Source: Hyphochytrium catenoides | Taxonomy: Eukaryota; Protista; Hyphochytriomycota | Assembly: GCA_900088475.1 (NCBI GenBank) | Contig: FLMG01001044.1 | Span: forward strand, 9,272-73,271 | Direction of reading: 5' to 3' | Length of the DNA stretch: 64,000 nucleotides | Notes under the pieces: generated by a model | Told to the model about the DNA's origin: nothing | What the model saw: the letters and a program-made list of their open reading frames with translations, nothing else | Databases searched by the model: none | Position numbers and translations under genes: made by a program | In this document: positions 61,181-64,000 of the stretch, in pieces | Layout: each line of letters begins with the position of its first letter | Numbering within the stretch: position 1 is the stretch's first letter

Positions 61181-63727
61181 CTCCTCTTGCTTTCTCTTTT
61201 CTTATATCTCTCTCTGTCTCTCTCTTCTCCCTCTCGCTCCTTCGTCATCTTCGCTCTCCCTTCTTGGTTTTGACGCCATCTTTTCTCTCAGATGCTCTTC
61301 TCGCCCTCCGCTGAAGTTATCGCTCGCCTCTCCACAGCCTTGAAGCTGGTGGTGGACAGCGGTAAGATCCCTCCCTCCGACGCCATACATCTCTCTCTCA
61401 CGCTCTTTTCTCTCTCTCTTTCTCTCTCTCTCTCTTACTTTAGGTCCCTCTCGCTCTCGCTCTCCCTGTCTCTCTTGCTGTGGCTTTTTCTGTCTCTATT
61501 TCCTGGGCATTTTTCTTCTACTCTGTCTCTCCACATCTGTTCTGTTCCGTGTGCTCGCATCTCTCTCTCCATTCTGTCTCGTCTCTCTTTCTCTCTCTCT
61601 CTCTCTCTCTGTCAGTGGCGCAGTTTCTCGGACGCTTTCTAGACCCTTCTCCTCATAAGTACAGCCATCTTATTCAGTTTCCCCTCTCTCGCTCTCGCTC
61701 TCTCTCTCGCTCTCTCTCTCGCTCTCTTCTCTCTCTCTCTTTTCTCTCTCTCTCTCTCTCACTGTATCTCTCCCACTGTCTCTCTCTCTCTCTCTTCAGC
61801 TAAAGGGCGTGAGTCATCAGAAATAAAGCTGGGGCCGCTGGAGGAACTGATCATTGAAGGAGTTGATGTCGATCAAGTTTGGGAACAGATCCAACTGAAC
61901 GTGAGGGACCGAATATCTTTCTTCCTGTCTCTCTCTACCCGTATTCCGTCTCTCTCTCTGGTTGTCTTTCTCTCTGTTGTGTCGTTGTTCTCTCTCTCTC
62001 TCTCTCTTTTTCTCTCCTTTTCTCCCTCTTCCTCTCTTCTTGTCACACCCACGAAATCTCATTTCTCACTGCCTTTCGCAGACCGCTATCTCCCTCTTAC
62101 TCTTTCTCTCTAAGGTGCAAAGAGACACACACACAATCTCTCTTTTGTCTCACTCACGCTTTCTCTCTTTCTCTCTTATTGTCTCCCTCTTTCACCATCT
62201 CTCTCTCTCGTTTCTAACTCCCATCTTTCTCTCTTTCTCTCTTATTGTCTCCCTCTTTCATAATCTCTCTCTCTCCTTTTTCTCACTCACACCTTTCTCT
62301 CTTTCTCTCTTATTGTCTCTCCTCTTTCTTCACTCTCTCTCTCTCTCTTTCCTCACTCTTTCTCTACATCTGTTTCCTGGCTTGTCTTCACCAGAATGAG
62401 CCTCTTCTAAAGACAGCCAACAAGAAACTAAGAAAATTGGAGAAGGAAGGAGGCGCGGCACAACTGAAAATTCTCTTCAATTCTGAGGAAGAGAGAGAGA
62501 GAAAACGACGGAAGAGAGGAAAGAAAGAGACACTTGACGAAGAGAGAGAGGAGGAGCTTCAGGCAGGGATGACGACGGTGGAAGAGCCATCAGAGAGCGA
62601 AGAAGACGATGAAGAGGAGAGAGATGACATGTTAGAAGAGAGCGATGGAGAAGGAGAGAGACTCTCAGACGAGAGAGAAACAGAAAGAAGCTTGGCACCA
62701 AGAAGAAGGAAAGCAAGCCTTGGCAATGACGAAGACGAGGAGGAAGAGCAGGAAGAAGAAGAAGAAGAAGACGAAGAGGAGAGGACGAAGGGAGAAAGAA
62801 AGGAGAGAGGAGAGAAAGGGAAGAAATCTGAAGATCGTTTCTTTGACTGGGACGAGATGGAAGAGTTTGCAGACAAGGTGAGGAAGCAGACAAGGACCGA
62901 CAGAAGGGAGCAAGACCCCAGGCTGTCTAGTTACCTGGAAAAAAAGATGAGAGAGAGAGAGCAAAAGAGAGAGAGAGCAGGTGGTGGTGAGAAAGAGAGA
63001 CAGATAGATAGATGGACAAATGGAGAGACAGAGAGAGCGCTGTGGGACAGAGGGGCTGCGCTAGTGTAAGATAGAGCTTGATTGAGAAGAGAGAGTGAGA
63101 GAGAGAAAATTAGCAAAAGAAGGGAGAAAGTGGGTATATATATATAGAGAGAGAGAGAGACAGAGAGACAGAGAGACAGAAAGATGTCCAAATTCCGTAG
63201 CGGACGAAGAGCAACTTCTCTCGCTTATTGCTGACAAACTCCCAACGCAGGGCGATGAAGAGGATGAAGAGGACGAGAGAGACGATGAAGAGGATGACGA
63301 CGAAGAAGACGAGTCGGAAGGGGAGATTCGCTATGACGATTTCTTCGGTTCAGGCCCCAGAGGAGAGAAGAAGATGAAGAAGAGAAGGAGAGGATGGGAC
63401 GATGAGCTGGATGAGATCGAAGGAGAGAAAGAAAGAAGCGAAGATGAAGCTGCAGAAGAGCCTGAGAACACGGAAGACGAGGAGGAGGAAGAAGGAGAAG
63501 AAGACGATGAAGAGGAAGAAGAGAGTTCGGAGAGAAGAAAGAAGAAGCGCTCATTTCTCGATGAGGAGGAGGAAGACGAAGAAGAGGAAGGAGAGGAAGG
63601 AGATGAGGAAGAGGGAGAACTAGGCGTACTTTCTAGTTTCCAGCGTCGGCAACAGAAGCTCGAGAGACAGATCCAAGACCTTGAACAGGAGAATTTATCC
63701 GAGAAGCCGTGGCTGCTGCAGGGAGAG
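60655..63727 (+). CDS. MPP10: U3 snoRNP protein Mpp10, 5' part (gene continues beyond the window)
   Basis: Exons MVGHTVLP..QRPE|MLFSPS..VVDS|AKG..LEELIIEGVDVDQVWEQIQLN|NEPLL..acidic..EDRFFDWDEMEEFAD|..IRYDDFFG..LSSFQRRQQKLERQIQDLEQENLSEKPWLLQGE. All are Mpp10 signature blocks. Confidence 0.92.
62160..62350. repeat. ~66-bp pyrimidine-rich minisatellite, 3 copies, in an MPP10 intron
   Basis: ctttctctctttctctcttattgtctc recurs at ~62160, ~62225 and ~62293. Confidence 0.8.
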
Positions 63728-64000
63728 GTAAGCTCAGGCTTATTCCCTTTCTTTCTCTCTCCTCTTCAAGCCCTTTCTTCTCTCCTTCTTTTTCTCGCTA
63801 TCTGGCCTTATCCGCGCCTCTCATTGCCCGGCTATGGCTTCTCCTTGTCTCTCTCTCTCTCTGGGCTTTCTCTTGCAGGTCCTATCTCCAATTTCGCTAT
63901 GTAGTATCCTCTTCCCTCTGGGCTGCCCTCATGCTGTCCCCCGCCATTATAACATATATTTCTCTCTGTCTCTTTCTCTCTCTCTCTCTACTTCTCTCTC

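Noticed and set aside
53759-62400. SLSLSL/ERERER ORFs
   Set aside because: Translations of (CT)n/(AG)n microsatellites in introns and intergenic DNA

Overview
Eukaryotic nuclear DNA with spliceosomal GT-AG introns, (CT)n/(AG)n microsatellites and two assembly gaps. Gene content is protist-like; a stramenopile/SAR origin is my inference only. The window is dominated by one giant 8-exon gene (17043-43602, +, about 8,630 aa by my manual splice model, including one ~20-kb exon). It encodes a signal peptide, three unnamed beta-sandwich repeats, bacterial-type cadherin-like repeats, roughly 55-60 IPT/TIG domains, GCC2/GCC3-type Cys-rich repeats, a ~10-11-pass membrane domain and a cytoplasmic tail with a CxxC..CxxC pair and a triplicated amphipathic motif. 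This is a candidate giant tethered receptor or channel. Other recognisable genes: an LC8-family dynein light chain, a kinesin-4 (KIF4-like), a PGSIP7/8-like GT8 glycosyltransferase whose DxD motif reads ExE, a membrane-anchored C69 peptidase, TTI2-like, a compact Acinus and the 5' part of MPP10. Intergenic regions hold a probable decayed MULE transposase, decayed coding sequence, a 46-bp foldback hairpin and a 5-copy ~100-bp tandem array. All family calls rest on motif recognition by eye; no database searches were run.
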